From Elusimicrobiota bacterium (GTDB lineage: Bacteria > Elusimicrobiota > Elusimicrobia > UBA1565 > UBA9628), in contig JBIOJO010000006.1 in NCBI GenBank assembly GCA_044450965.1, positions 22,459-86,458 of the forward strand: a stretch of DNA of 64,000 nucleotides, written 5' to 3'. Below the pieces are notes generated by a model that was not told where the DNA came from, did not search any database, and saw only the letters and a list, made by a program, of their open reading frames with translations. Positions 19,801-27,544 of the stretch are shown one piece after another. The position numbers and the translations under genes were made by a program. Within the stretch, counting starts at the first letter, position 1; the number at the start of each line of letters is the position of its first letter.

Positions 19801-21984
19801 GCGGCGGGCGCCGGGACCTTGTTCCTGTCCGACGGCGTGAACGGCGCTTCGGCGTCGTTCGAGTCCGCGCCGGAGGGTTTCGCCGCGGCGTGGTCGGTCG
19901 ACGTGCCCGCGGTGGCGACGGTGACCGCCGCGGGCATGGCCACGGGACTGTCCACGGGAACGGCGCACGTGATCGCCTCCAGCGGGGCGCTCACCGGCTC
20001 GGGGACGGTCACCGTATTCACGGCGCCGGGATTGTCGGGAGCGGCGCTGGGCATCTCAAGCGTGACGTGGTCCTGGCCCTTGGCCGCGGGTCCGACCGGC
20101 TACCACGTCCTGGACATGTCCGGCGCGGATAAATCCGGCGCGTTGAGTTCGTCCACCGTCCTGTGGAATGAGACGGGGCTGGGCACCAATGTCGCGGCGG
20201 CTCGCCGCCTGCAGGCCGTCGGCGGGTCGGGCGGCCCGGTGCTGTCCGCCGCGACGACGCGCTACACCTTGGCGTCCCCACCCGCGGGCTCGGCGGCGGC
20301 GGTGTTCGTGAGTTCGGCGACTTTGGGCTGGGCTCTCAACGGCAATCCAGCGGGAACGCTCGCCTGGATTGAGAGCGCGACCGCCTCCACCTCCGCCCCG
20401 GCGTTCGTCTCCGCCGGAACCACGACGGCGATCACATTCAACCTCGGCGGGCTGGCGGCGTGCACGACGTATTACTTCCGCGTGAGGAACTTCAACGGGG
20501 ACGGAGCCGCGACCGCCTACGACTCGACGGTGACGGCCCGCACCCGCAGCGAGGTTCCCCTGCCGCCGGGCGCGTTGACGGCCGCGCCCCAGTCGGGCGC
20601 GGCGATCCTGTTGACCTGGTCGGCGTCGCCGTCCCCATACGTGACCTTATACCGGCTCTACGTGGGCACGGGCGCGGTCAATTACGCGGCGCCTTACGCG
20701 GTGCTTCCATCCTCCGTCGCCCAATTCCTGACCCCGGCCTTGAGCACCGCGACGCTTTACCGGTTCGGGCTGAGGGCGTACGGCGACTGCGGCGGCGAGG
20801 AGCCGAACACGAACGTCGTCGCCAGCGCGACCCCCCTGCTCGACACCACCGGCCTGCGGGCGGAAATCAAGGTCCCGCAAAGCGGCAAGAAGGTCAACGG
20901 CAACCGCGTGACGGTGATGGCGGAGATCGTCGCCGGGGATCCCGCCCGCGCGCGCGACGTGCGCTTTCAGTACCGCACCGCGTCGTCCACGTTCTCGGCC
21001 TGGCTGGACATCCCGGCGACGGACTCCCAGCACCCTAATCCCGCTCCGACGGCGCCGTATTTCGTGCATTGGGACGTCACCGGACTGGCCGCGGGATCCT
21101 ACGAACTGCGCGCGATCGCCACGGCGACCGACGCGACGGCGGATCCGAGCCCGGCGACCGTGGTCATCGGCGTGGACTCGGTCAATCCCGACAGCGACGA
21201 AAGCCTGGTCGGCGGGTCCCAGAAGAAGGCGGAGACGGTCTATAACGGCGCCGCGCGAACGGTGAGCACGGCTGACAGCGGCAGCGGGACCGTCGCCGAC
21301 GTGACGCTGCCGTCGGGGGTTGTCGCGGCTTCCACCGACACGCTCAGCGTCCAGATCAATCCCGCGGGAGCCCCGGCGGCGCCGAAACTGGACTCCGCCG
21401 GACAGACTTTGCAGATCACTCTCGGGTCAGGACAGACCAGCTTGAACGGTTCGGCGTCCATTACTCTCCACTACGCCGACGCCGACGACGACGGGATCGT
21501 GGACGGCACGCACCTCCGGGCCAATCGCCTGTCGATCTACAGCTACAACGTCGCCGCCGGGGAGTGGCGCAAGGAATCGGCCAGCGTCGTCGACAAGACG
21601 GCCAAGACGATCACGGCGACCACCCCCCACTTCAGCCTGTTCGGGCTGTTCGCGACGGCCGCGAGCGACCTGACCAGCGTGCTCGTCTACCCCGTGCCGT
21701 GGGTTCCTAATGGACCCGATCCGAACGCGGGAAAGACCTTCAACTCGGCGGATCCCACGTCCGGCATCGTCTTCGACGGCCTGACCGACGCGGTGCGCGT
21801 GCAGGTCTACACGGTTTCCGGATCCTTGGTTTGGGAGAGCATGACCGGCTCCTCCGGGGGACGCATCCAATGGGACGGGCGCAATAGGTCCGGCCGCGAC
21901 GTCGCGTCGGGCGGGTACATCGCCGTGATCACGGACCAGGGGAGCGGCGCGAAAGTCGTCCGCAAGATCGCGATCATCCGATGA
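16825..21984 (+). CDS. giant secreted Kelch-repeat / Big_2-like / FN3-like protein with FlgD-Ig / T9SS-type C-terminal tail
   Basis: TTG start and signal peptide (...LLAVAVLSTAAFAAAPSG). About 18 Kelch-type blades in three blocks (recurring Y..GG... and YDP..(D/N)(S/T)WT units). Big_2-like modules (WSVD..VA.V.A.G..TGLS.GTA.VIASSG). Three FN3-like modules. The last ~85 aa are VYPVPW...VQVYTVSGSLVWE...WDGRNRSGRDVASGGYIAVI. Confidence 0.75.
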   Translation: MYKTRRAWNALLAVAVLSTAAFAAAPSGAWTSSPSLPLGRINDSLVNVNGLLYLIGGYVGAQEYHSVLAYDPVAGTWTYKTPMPTARHGVQAVAISSTIYVAGGYSQIGSPNYLTVVEAYDTVADSWTTKASMPAGITDAAFATVGGKLYSFGGASAGFCGNSSYAYDPVADSWSAKTAMPTSRCGPRAAVYNGKIYVMGGQTTGSAVLSAVEVYDPVGNSWTTVAPMSPGMVNFGAEISGGTIYAVAGTTNGGVTTPYVQAYDPVANSWSLKSSVMPFPRLSLGVDVLNGRIYVVGGITGNSQVTGYEVQAYDTVADTWVVTMSVLPGPRRDAASVIVSSTLYVLGGQNADGASFDNQSFDIARGTWGYSAPMPGARISPVAAVLGGLVYQAGGLTTSTAAAANLWSYDPVADAWTVKAAMPAAGACGAAGTISGKLYVLTSCDGTAGGTKALYAYTPGANTWATLASAPNVHRYPASGVINGLLYVAGGTDGGGAASAVVDVYDPVAGTWTTKSSMPSARTGAASGVIGNQLYAAGGTVAGNPAGSIAVYDPVNDVWAAAGSSLPTPRASASGAVRGSNFYVSGGSTGTVASNAVEKFTLVPTLGSLSVSPAAAVIGAGAISQFSAQGTWTDGSSQPAAVTWSVDVSSVASVSASGLLTGLSGGTARVIASSGVVTGAALVTVSSGTAAVLTSLTVAPSSAAITVGGTQAYAATGHFSDGSSRAANGLPGAWTRGPNMPHAHLYGAATSMGGRYYVFGGQFSQTSEVYDPATSSWTALTPPPINRAQGPAVAVGSVVYVLGGCINADCSALPTAAVWAYDTATDSWTIRASLPAARQGMTADVIGGKIYAAGGYVGNYVPSAALTVYDPVADAWTTKASMPFARANGGGGAAGGKMYFAGGSSSGFGQAAAPQSDVMAYDPAADSWTIRAPLPLPVGYSGGAALNGKIYLAGGINTPTGAASTATWVYDPGTNAWSAGPPTNDPREFPAMAAGAGTLFLSDGVNGASASFESAPEGFAAAWSVDVPAVATVTAAGMATGLSTGTAHVIASSGALTGSGTVTVFTAPGLSGAALGISSVTWSWPLAAGPTGYHVLDMSGADKSGALSSSTVLWNETGLGTNVAAARRLQAVGGSGGPVLSAATTRYTLASPPAGSAAAVFVSSATLGWALNGNPAGTLAWIESATASTSAPAFVSAGTTTAITFNLGGLAACTTYYFRVRNFNGDGAATAYDSTVTARTRSEVPLPPGALTAAPQSGAAILLTWSASPSPYVTLYRLYVGTGAVNYAAPYAVLPSSVAQFLTPALSTATLYRFGLRAYGDCGGEEPNTNVVASATPLLDTTGLRAEIKVPQSGKKVNGNRVTVMAEIVAGDPARARDVRFQYRTASSTFSAWLDIPATDSQHPNPAPTAPYFVHWDVTGLAAGSYELRAIATATDATADPSPATVVIGVDSVNPDSDESLVGGSQKKAETVYNGAARTVSTADSGSGTVADVTLPSGVVAASTDTLSVQINPAGAPAAPKLDSAGQTLQITLGSGQTSLNGSASITLHYADADDDGIVDGTHLRANRLSIYSYNVAAGEWRKESASVVDKTAKTITATTPHFSLFGLFATAASDLTSVLVYPVPWVPNGPDPNAGKTFNSADPTSGIVFDGLTDAVRVQVYTVSGSLVWESMTGSSGGRIQWDGRNRSGRDVASGGYIAVITDQGSGAKVVRKIAIIR

Positions 21985-22931
21985 GAACGCTTCTCCTCGC
22001 CGTCCTGCTCGTTCCGGCTCCCGCCGCCTACGCGGCGGGCACCCAGGGCGCGACCGCGTTCGACTTCCTCTCTATCGACGCCGCCCCTCGGCCCGCGGCG
22101 ATGGGCGGCGCGTACGCCGCGGTCGCCGACGACGCCGACGGAATGCTGTACAACCCGGCGGGCCTGGCGTTCCTGAACGAGGACCAGGCCTCCTTCGCGC
22201 ACGCGGATTACATTCAGGGCATCACCCAGGACTATCTCGCGCTCGCCTTCCGCGGCGGCGACGGCAGGCGCCAGTACGACGACGGCCGCCATTGGCTGAG
22301 CGACGGCGCGGGCGCCGGAGTCTACGTCAACACACTCGATTTCGGCGGAATTCAGCGCACGACTCTGGCCAATCAGAGCGGCGCCGGGCTGGATTCCTTC
22401 GGGGTACGCGATTGGGCGCTGGGCGCCGGCTACGCCCGCCGGGGGCCGTGGTCGTGGCTGGGCTTCGGCGGCGCGCTCAAGTACCTGCGCGAAAACATCG
22501 ACAACACCGTCGCGCAGACCGTCGCGCTGGATATGGGCGCGCGCGCCGACCTTCAGGAGCCGTTCGGCGTCCCTTTCACGGCGGGCCTGGCGCTCCAAAA
22601 CCTCGGCCAGGACCCGCGCTACCGCGTCGTCCGGGAGCCGATGCCGACCGCCTTGCGCCTGGGCGGGGCCTGGCTTCCCAACGCGTCGGTGACCATCGCG
22701 GCGGACCTGGTGCAGGTGCGGGGCGGCGCCCTGACCCCTCATGCCGGCGTGGAATGGCGCGCGTTCGAGTCCGCGGCCCTGCGGATGGGCTACGACGGGA
22801 AGAACGACGCGGGCCCCGGCATCACCGTCGGCGCGAGCGTGACCTGGAGAATGGTGCGCTTCGATTACGCGTTCGTGCCCTACGGCGATCTGGGCGACGC
22901 GCACCGGCTGGGCGCGACGGTCCGCTGGTAG
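21981..22931 (+). CDS. PorV/PorQ-like (UPF0164-type) outer-membrane barrel protein
   Basis: ATGA overlap with the upstream stop. Signal peptide. The N-terminal AFDFLSIDAAPRPAAMGGAYAAVADDADGMLYNPAGLAF matches the conserved opening of PorV/PorQ barrels. Beta-rich, ends ...ATVRW. Confidence 0.55.
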   Translation: MRTLLLAVLLVPAPAAYAAGTQGATAFDFLSIDAAPRPAAMGGAYAAVADDADGMLYNPAGLAFLNEDQASFAHADYIQGITQDYLALAFRGGDGRRQYDDGRHWLSDGAGAGVYVNTLDFGGIQRTTLANQSGAGLDSFGVRDWALGAGYARRGPWSWLGFGGALKYLRENIDNTVAQTVALDMGARADLQEPFGVPFTAGLALQNLGQDPRYRVVREPMPTALRLGGAWLPNASVTIAADLVQVRGGALTPHAGVEWRAFESAALRMGYDGKNDAGPGITVGASVTWRMVRFDYAFVPYGDLGDAHRLGATVRW

Positions 22932-22935
22932 GCGG

Positions 22936-23883
22936 CTAAACCACCATCGCCAGGAAGGCGTTGAAGCGGCGGCCGAACTCCGCGATCAGGCCGTGGATCT
23001 GGAGCGGCTCGGCGTAGACGGCGACCGGACGCGACATGTCCACCGACGCGATCGGGATGGTGAAGCAGAAGGTCGCGCCGCAGCCCTTCCAGCTCTCGGC
23101 CCAGATGCGGCCGCCGTGGAGCTCCACCATGGCGCGGGCCAAGGTCAGGCCCAGGCCGGTGCCTTCGGCTTTCTTGATATTGGTCTGACCCGCCTGCTCG
23201 AACATGCCGAAGACCTTCTCGAGCTGGTCGGCGGCGATGCCCGCGCCGGTGTCCTTGACCTTGAAGAGCAAGGTGCCCTGGTGCTCGTGGCGGCCTTCCA
23301 CGACGGACAGCGTCACCGTCCCGCGGGTCGGGGTGAACTTGATGGCGTTGGAGATCAGGTTGATCAACACCTGGACGACGCGGCGGTTCTCGGCGGACAC
23401 GCGCGGCAGCAAAGGGTTCACGTCCTTGACGATCTTGACGCCCTTGGCGGTGGCGGCGGCCTTCAGCGCGTCCACGGCGTCGTCGATCAGGGCGCGGGCG
23501 TCGCAGGCTTCCTTGAGAATCGCCATCTTGCCGGCGGCGATCTTCGAGTAGTCCATGATGTCGTTGACCAGGCCCTCGAGGCGGACGGTGTTGCGGATGG
23601 CCAAGGACAGCATCTGCTTCTCGTCGCCCTCCAGCTTGGAATCGATCTGGTCGGACAGGACCTCCAGACCCAGGCGGATGGAGGTGACCGGCGCGCGCAG
23701 CTCGTGGGCGAGATAGGCGGCCTGAACCTGGTGCGTCGAGCGGCTGGCGGCGGGCTTCACGGCGAACGGCGCCATCGGCAAAACGGCTTTGGGGGCCGGC
23801 GCGCGCACGGGAGCCGGGGCGGGCTTCGCCTCCGGCTGCCGGATCACCAGGTCCTCCCACATCGGTTCTTGCGTCGGGTTCAT
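22936..23883 (-). CDS. soluble histidine kinase (HisKA + HATPase_c, no sensor domain or TM)
   Basis: H-box AHELRAPVTSI, N-box LISNAIKFT, G-boxes KDTGAGI and GTGLGL. The N-terminal ~60 aa are Pro/Ala-rich only. Confidence 0.85.
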   Translation of the reverse strand: MNPTQEPMWEDLVIRQPEAKPAPAPVRAPAPKAVLPMAPFAVKPAASRSTHQVQAAYLAHELRAPVTSIRLGLEVLSDQIDSKLEGDEKQMLSLAIRNTVRLEGLVNDIMDYSKIAAGKMAILKEACDARALIDDAVDALKAAATAKGVKIVKDVNPLLPRVSAENRRVVQVLINLISNAIKFTPTRGTVTLSVVEGRHEHQGTLLFKVKDTGAGIAADQLEKVFGMFEQAGQTNIKKAEGTGLGLTLARAMVELHGGRIWAESWKGCGATFCFTIPIASVDMSRPVAVYAEPLQIHGLIAEFGRRFNAFLAMVV

Positions 23884-24051
23884 ACCTGATTGGAGTGTAG
23901 GCCGGGCCTGTTACAGGGGTATTACGGCCGAAAGGCGGACAGTTTAACGCCGGTTTCCCCCTCGCGTCACGAGCCTTTGGGGCATGGGGAAAAATGGGCC
24001 CAACGGCCTATGACAAATACGACAGGTCGGGGTTAGACTCGCGGAATGAAT

Positions 24052-24077
24052 GGAACTTTTTCGCACCCCAAATCGTA
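24052..24077 (+). promoter_or_regulatory. ECF-type promoter candidate (GGAAC-N17-CGTA) upstream of the ECF sigma gene
   Basis: GGAAC at 24052-24056 and CGTA at 24074-24077, 17 nt before the ATG at 24094. This spacing and motif fit autoregulated ECF promoters. Confidence 0.5.
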
Positions 24078-24093
24078 TACCTAGGGACGATTT

Positions 24094-24633
24094 ATGCTGT
24101 CGAGCGAAGACCTGGAAAGATTCGTGGACGAGTACGGCGATCACGCCTACAGCTTCGCCTTCAGCCTCTGTGGAAACGAGTCGGACGCTCGGGAGCTGGT
24201 GCAGGACGCGTTCGTGAAGATCTTCGACCGCGCGGAGCGGTTCGACGATTCTCAATCGTTGGAAAGCTGGTACATGACGGTCCTGAAGAACCTGTTTTTG
24301 GACGGGCGGAGGCGGTGGGAACGCAAGAATGGAGTCTCGCTGGACACGCCGGTCGGGGAGTTCGGGACGTTGACGATCGCCGACTGCGTGGCGGACGAAA
24401 GGGAGGAAGCCGTACTGTCGCGGATGGAACGCGCGGAGACCGCCGGCCTGGTGCGCAAAGCGTTGGCCAAGCTGTCTCCGGAAGCGCGGGCGATACTCAC
24501 GCTGGTGGACATGCAGGGCCGGGGTTACGAGGAAGCCGCGAAGGCGCTGGATTGCCCGTTGGGCACGGTGCGTTCGCGGATCAGCCGGGCGCGCGAGGCG
24601 CTGCGGGCGCGGCTCCTCGAAATGGAGGTGTGA
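24094..24633 (+). CDS. ECF-type RNA polymerase sigma-70 factor
   Basis: 179 aa. Region 2 (ELVQDAFVKIF) and region 4 HTH (LDCPLGTVRSRISRAREAL). Confidence 0.9.
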   Translation: MLSSEDLERFVDEYGDHAYSFAFSLCGNESDARELVQDAFVKIFDRAERFDDSQSLESWYMTVLKNLFLDGRRRWERKNGVSLDTPVGEFGTLTIADCVADEREEAVLSRMERAETAGLVRKALAKLSPEARAILTLVDMQGRGYEEAAKALDCPLGTVRSRISRAREALRARLLEMEV

Positions 24634-24637
24634 GGGG

Positions 24638-25087
24638 ATGAACGGCAAGGACGAAGGGCTGACGGACTATCTCGACGGGCGCCTGTCGCCCGCCGAGAAG
24701 GAGGCGTTCGAGTCCCGCCTGGCGGGCGATCCGGCGCTGTCTCGGCGGCTGCGCCTGGCGCGCGCGCTGCGGGACTCGCTGCGGTCCACGGCGCCGCGCA
24801 TGCCGGCGGACCTGAAGGCCGCGCTGAAGAGGCGGGCCCGCGCCGGCGCGGAGCCGGCGCGATCCGCGTGGCGGGACCGCGTCCGGGAGGCGTTCGGCTC
24901 TCTCCCCCTGGGCTGCGGCCTCGGCGCGGCGTTCGCGGCGGCGGCCCTGGTCCTGGCCGTGCGGCTGGCTTCCTCGCCGCGGGAAGGCCCCCCGCCCGCG
25001 GCGAGAACCCGGGAAGTCGCGGCGCGTCTGGCCGAAGTTTCGGCCGACCTGTGGTCGGACGACGACGGGAGCGACCGTGAAGATTAG
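24638..25087 (+). CDS. putative anti-sigma factor (single TM, no zinc motif)
   Basis: Starts 4 nt after the sigma factor stop. N-terminal DYLDGRLSPAEKEAFESRL is typical of an anti-sigma N-domain. One TM segment (LGCGLGAAFAAAALVLAV). No HxxxCxxC. Confidence 0.55.
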   Translation: MNGKDEGLTDYLDGRLSPAEKEAFESRLAGDPALSRRLRLARALRDSLRSTAPRMPADLKAALKRRARAGAEPARSAWRDRVREAFGSLPLGCGLGAAFAAAALVLAVRLASSPREGPPPAARTREVAARLAEVSADLWSDDDGSDRED

Positions 25088-26084
25088 GGCGTTGATCCTG
25101 GGGGCGTTGCTGACGGCGTCGTGGTCGGAGGCGGCTCGGAGAACCTCTCGGCCCGCGGCGTCGGAGCTGCTCGGCCGGGCGTTGTCCGCGCCGGCCGCCC
25201 GCGTCACCCGCGTGCGGGTGCAGATCTTCGGCCCGTCGGGCTCGTCCGGCAAGGCCAAGGCGCAGACGCGGCTGGTCCGCGTTCAGGCGCCCGGGGTGTT
25301 CCGCATCGAGGTCGCCGGCAAGAAGGCGGGATCGTTGTCCCTGCTGGCCGTCGGCGACGGGCGCCGTCTCCTGACCGCGTGGCCGAGGGCGAAGCGCGCG
25401 TGGCTGGGGCCGGCGCCGGATGCGGACGCCGCGGCCGAGAAGGTCCGTCTGGAGTCGCTGTACGAGATGACGGTCTCCACCGGAGGGCGCACCGCGAAGA
25501 AGCCGACGTGGCGGCTGGACATGCGCTCCCGCGCCGACGGCGGTATCCGGCGCTCGTTGTGGATCGCCAAGGACGACGGCGGCGTCCTGCGCCGGGAGGA
25601 TTACCGGCCGGACGGAACCCTTATGCGCCGTCTTCGGACGACGCGCCTGGAGGAGCCTGCATTTTCCCTCGACGCGTTCGTCGTCCGCGCTCCGGACGGG
25701 ACGTCCGTCGACTCCGCGACGGTTCCCTTCGTCGCGGCGCCCGCGGGCGGCGCCCGGGGCGCCTTTCCGGCGCGCTTTCCGCGCTGGCTTCCGGACGGCT
25801 TCGTGCTGGTCGAGGCCGCCGGCGGAGCGGCTCGTTCGGCGACGATCGTTTACAGCGACGGATTGACGCCGGTGACGTTCGTGGAGCGCCCGTCGGGCGA
25901 AGGCGCGCCGCCGGCTCCGTCATACGCCGAGGTGCGCCTGAAGTCCGGGGCGGGCAAGCTGTCGTTTTCCGGCGCGGGGACGTCTCTGTCTTGGACCTCG
26001 GGCGACCGGGATTACACGGAGACCGGCGACATGCCCGAGGCCGACCTGGCGCGGATGGCCGACTCCATCGGGGAGAAGCCGTGA
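25077..26084 (+). CDS. periplasmic RseB/MucB-like (LolA-fold-like) protein
   Basis: GTG start overlaps the anti-sigma end by 11 nt. Signal peptide. Beta-rich, with an RseB-like segment (SLWIAKDDGGVLRREDYRPDGTLM). Assignment rests on resemblance and context only. Confidence 0.4.
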   Translation: MKIRALILGALLTASWSEAARRTSRPAASELLGRALSAPAARVTRVRVQIFGPSGSSGKAKAQTRLVRVQAPGVFRIEVAGKKAGSLSLLAVGDGRRLLTAWPRAKRAWLGPAPDADAAAEKVRLESLYEMTVSTGGRTAKKPTWRLDMRSRADGGIRRSLWIAKDDGGVLRREDYRPDGTLMRRLRTTRLEEPAFSLDAFVVRAPDGTSVDSATVPFVAAPAGGARGAFPARFPRWLPDGFVLVEAAGGAARSATIVYSDGLTPVTFVERPSGEGAPPAPSYAEVRLKSGAGKLSFSGAGTSLSWTSGDRDYTETGDMPEADLARMADSIGEKP

Positions 26085-26731
26085 ACGGTCCCGGGGGCGG
26101 CGAGCGGCCGCGCGAGAAGCTGGCGCGGCGCGGGCCGGAGGCGCTGAGCGACGCGGAATTGGTGGCGTTGGTGCTGCGCACCGGGTCGGTCGGGCGCACC
26201 GCGCTGGATCTGGCGGAAGGGCTGCTCCGCGACCATCCGGAGGGCGTCTCCGCCGGCTTCGAGCGCCTGCGGCGGGTTCGCGGCGTGGGGCCGGTTCGCG
26301 CCGCGGCGCTGACGGCGGCGGCGGAGTTGGGGCGGCGCGGACGACCCGATCCTCGCCCGGTGGTGGACTGCGCCCGGACGGCGGCGGGCCTGGTGCCGGC
26401 GTCCGTGCGCGCGGCGCGCAAGGAGCACTTCGTGATTCTCTGCCTGAACGCCAGGCGCCAGCTGGTCCATCACGAGACCGTCTCCGTGGGCACTTTGTCG
26501 GCCAGCCTGGTCCACCCGCGGGAGGTGTTCGCCCCCGCCATCGCTCATTCGGCGGCGGCCGTCGTGGCCGTGCATAATCACCCCTCCGGCGATCCCACGC
26601 CGTCCTCCGAGGACCGCGACGTGACCCGCCGCCTCCAGCGCGCCGGAGAGCTTCTGGGAATCCCGCTCGCCGATCACGTGGTCGTCAGCGAAAGCGGCTT
26701 TTTCAGCTTTCGCGAACATGGCATACTGTAG
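26081..26731 (+). CDS. radC: RadC-family JAB/MPN domain protein
   Basis: GTGA overlap with the upstream stop; 216 aa by counting. N-terminal HhH-like region, then the JAB motif HNHPSGDPTPSSED. Confidence 0.85.
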   Translation: MNGPGGGERPREKLARRGPEALSDAELVALVLRTGSVGRTALDLAEGLLRDHPEGVSAGFERLRRVRGVGPVRAAALTAAAELGRRGRPDPRPVVDCARTAAGLVPASVRAARKEHFVILCLNARRQLVHHETVSVGTLSASLVHPREVFAPAIAHSAAAVVAVHNHPSGDPTPSSEDRDVTRRLQRAGELLGIPLADHVVVSESGFFSFREHGIL

Positions 26732-26734
26732 GGG

Positions 26735-27544
26735 ATGAGGCTCGCCCCCCTGCTGGCCGCCGCCGCGCTTCTGCTCTCCGGCTGCGACACCTACCACTAC
26801 ATCGCCGGCACGTGGCGGGAGGACTCGCGCAAGCCGGTGGAGGCGCTGAAGCACTATGAGGCCTTCCTGTCGGACCGGCCCAGGGATCCGCGCGCGTGCG
26901 AGCTCCGTCTGCGCGCGGCGGCCATCTACCGCGGCTTCGGGCGCTGCGCCGAGTCGCGCGCGCACCTGGAAGCGGCGGCGCGGGACTTCCCGGGCATGAC
27001 CGAGTGCACGTCGCGGGCGAAGCAGGCTCTCCTCGCCTGTCCGGACTATTTCCCGCTCGACCTGGGGCGCACCTGGGTGTACGTGGACAGCGACAGCAAG
27101 GGCAAGGCCATGCGCCTGGATTGGGAGGTGCGCCGCGCCACGGCCTCGGTCAGCGGCGCGGTGCAGACGTCCCTGTACGCCGGCAACCGGCGCATCCGCG
27201 AGGCGACGGAATCCTATTCCAAGGAAAATTGGGCGATCTGGCGCACGGACGTTCATCCGCCGGAGCCGTTTCTCCGGTATCCGTTCAATGAGGGGCAGGC
27301 CTGGATGGCCAAGCGCGGCAAGACCGAGGTGGAGTGGACCGTCGTCTCCGCGACCGCCGCGGTCAAGACCGCCGCGGGGCTATTTAAGAACTGCCTGAAG
27401 GTCCGCGAGCACGATCTGCGCTACGCGAAGACCTGGCGCTACGATTACTACTGTCCCGACGTGGGCCGCGTGAAGATCACCGTCGGAGGGCCCGGCTTCG
27501 AGAACCCGAACACGGAGCTCCTCCGGTTTGATAAAATGAACTAA
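26735..27544 (+). CDS. lipoprotein of unknown function
   Basis: Lipobox LLLSGC. A TPR-like helical N-part followed by a beta-rich C-part. Starts 3 nt after the radC stop and ends 0 nt before the nuclease start. Confidence 0.6.
   Translation: MRLAPLLAAAALLLSGCDTYHYIAGTWREDSRKPVEALKHYEAFLSDRPRDPRACELRLRAAAIYRGFGRCAESRAHLEAAARDFPGMTECTSRAKQALLACPDYFPLDLGRTWVYVDSDSKGKAMRLDWEVRRATASVSGAVQTSLYAGNRRIREATESYSKENWAIWRTDVHPPEPFLRYPFNEGQAWMAKRGKTEVEWTVVSATAAVKTAAGLFKNCLKVREHDLRYAKTWRYDYYCPDVGRVKITVGGPGFENPNTELLRFDKMN

Noticed and set aside
16825-21984. Repetitive DNA of the Kelch gene as a possible CRISPR or tandem-repeat array
   Set aside because: The repeats are degenerate protein-level modules of ~140 nt in one continuous ORF. 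They are not short identical direct repeats separated by spacers.
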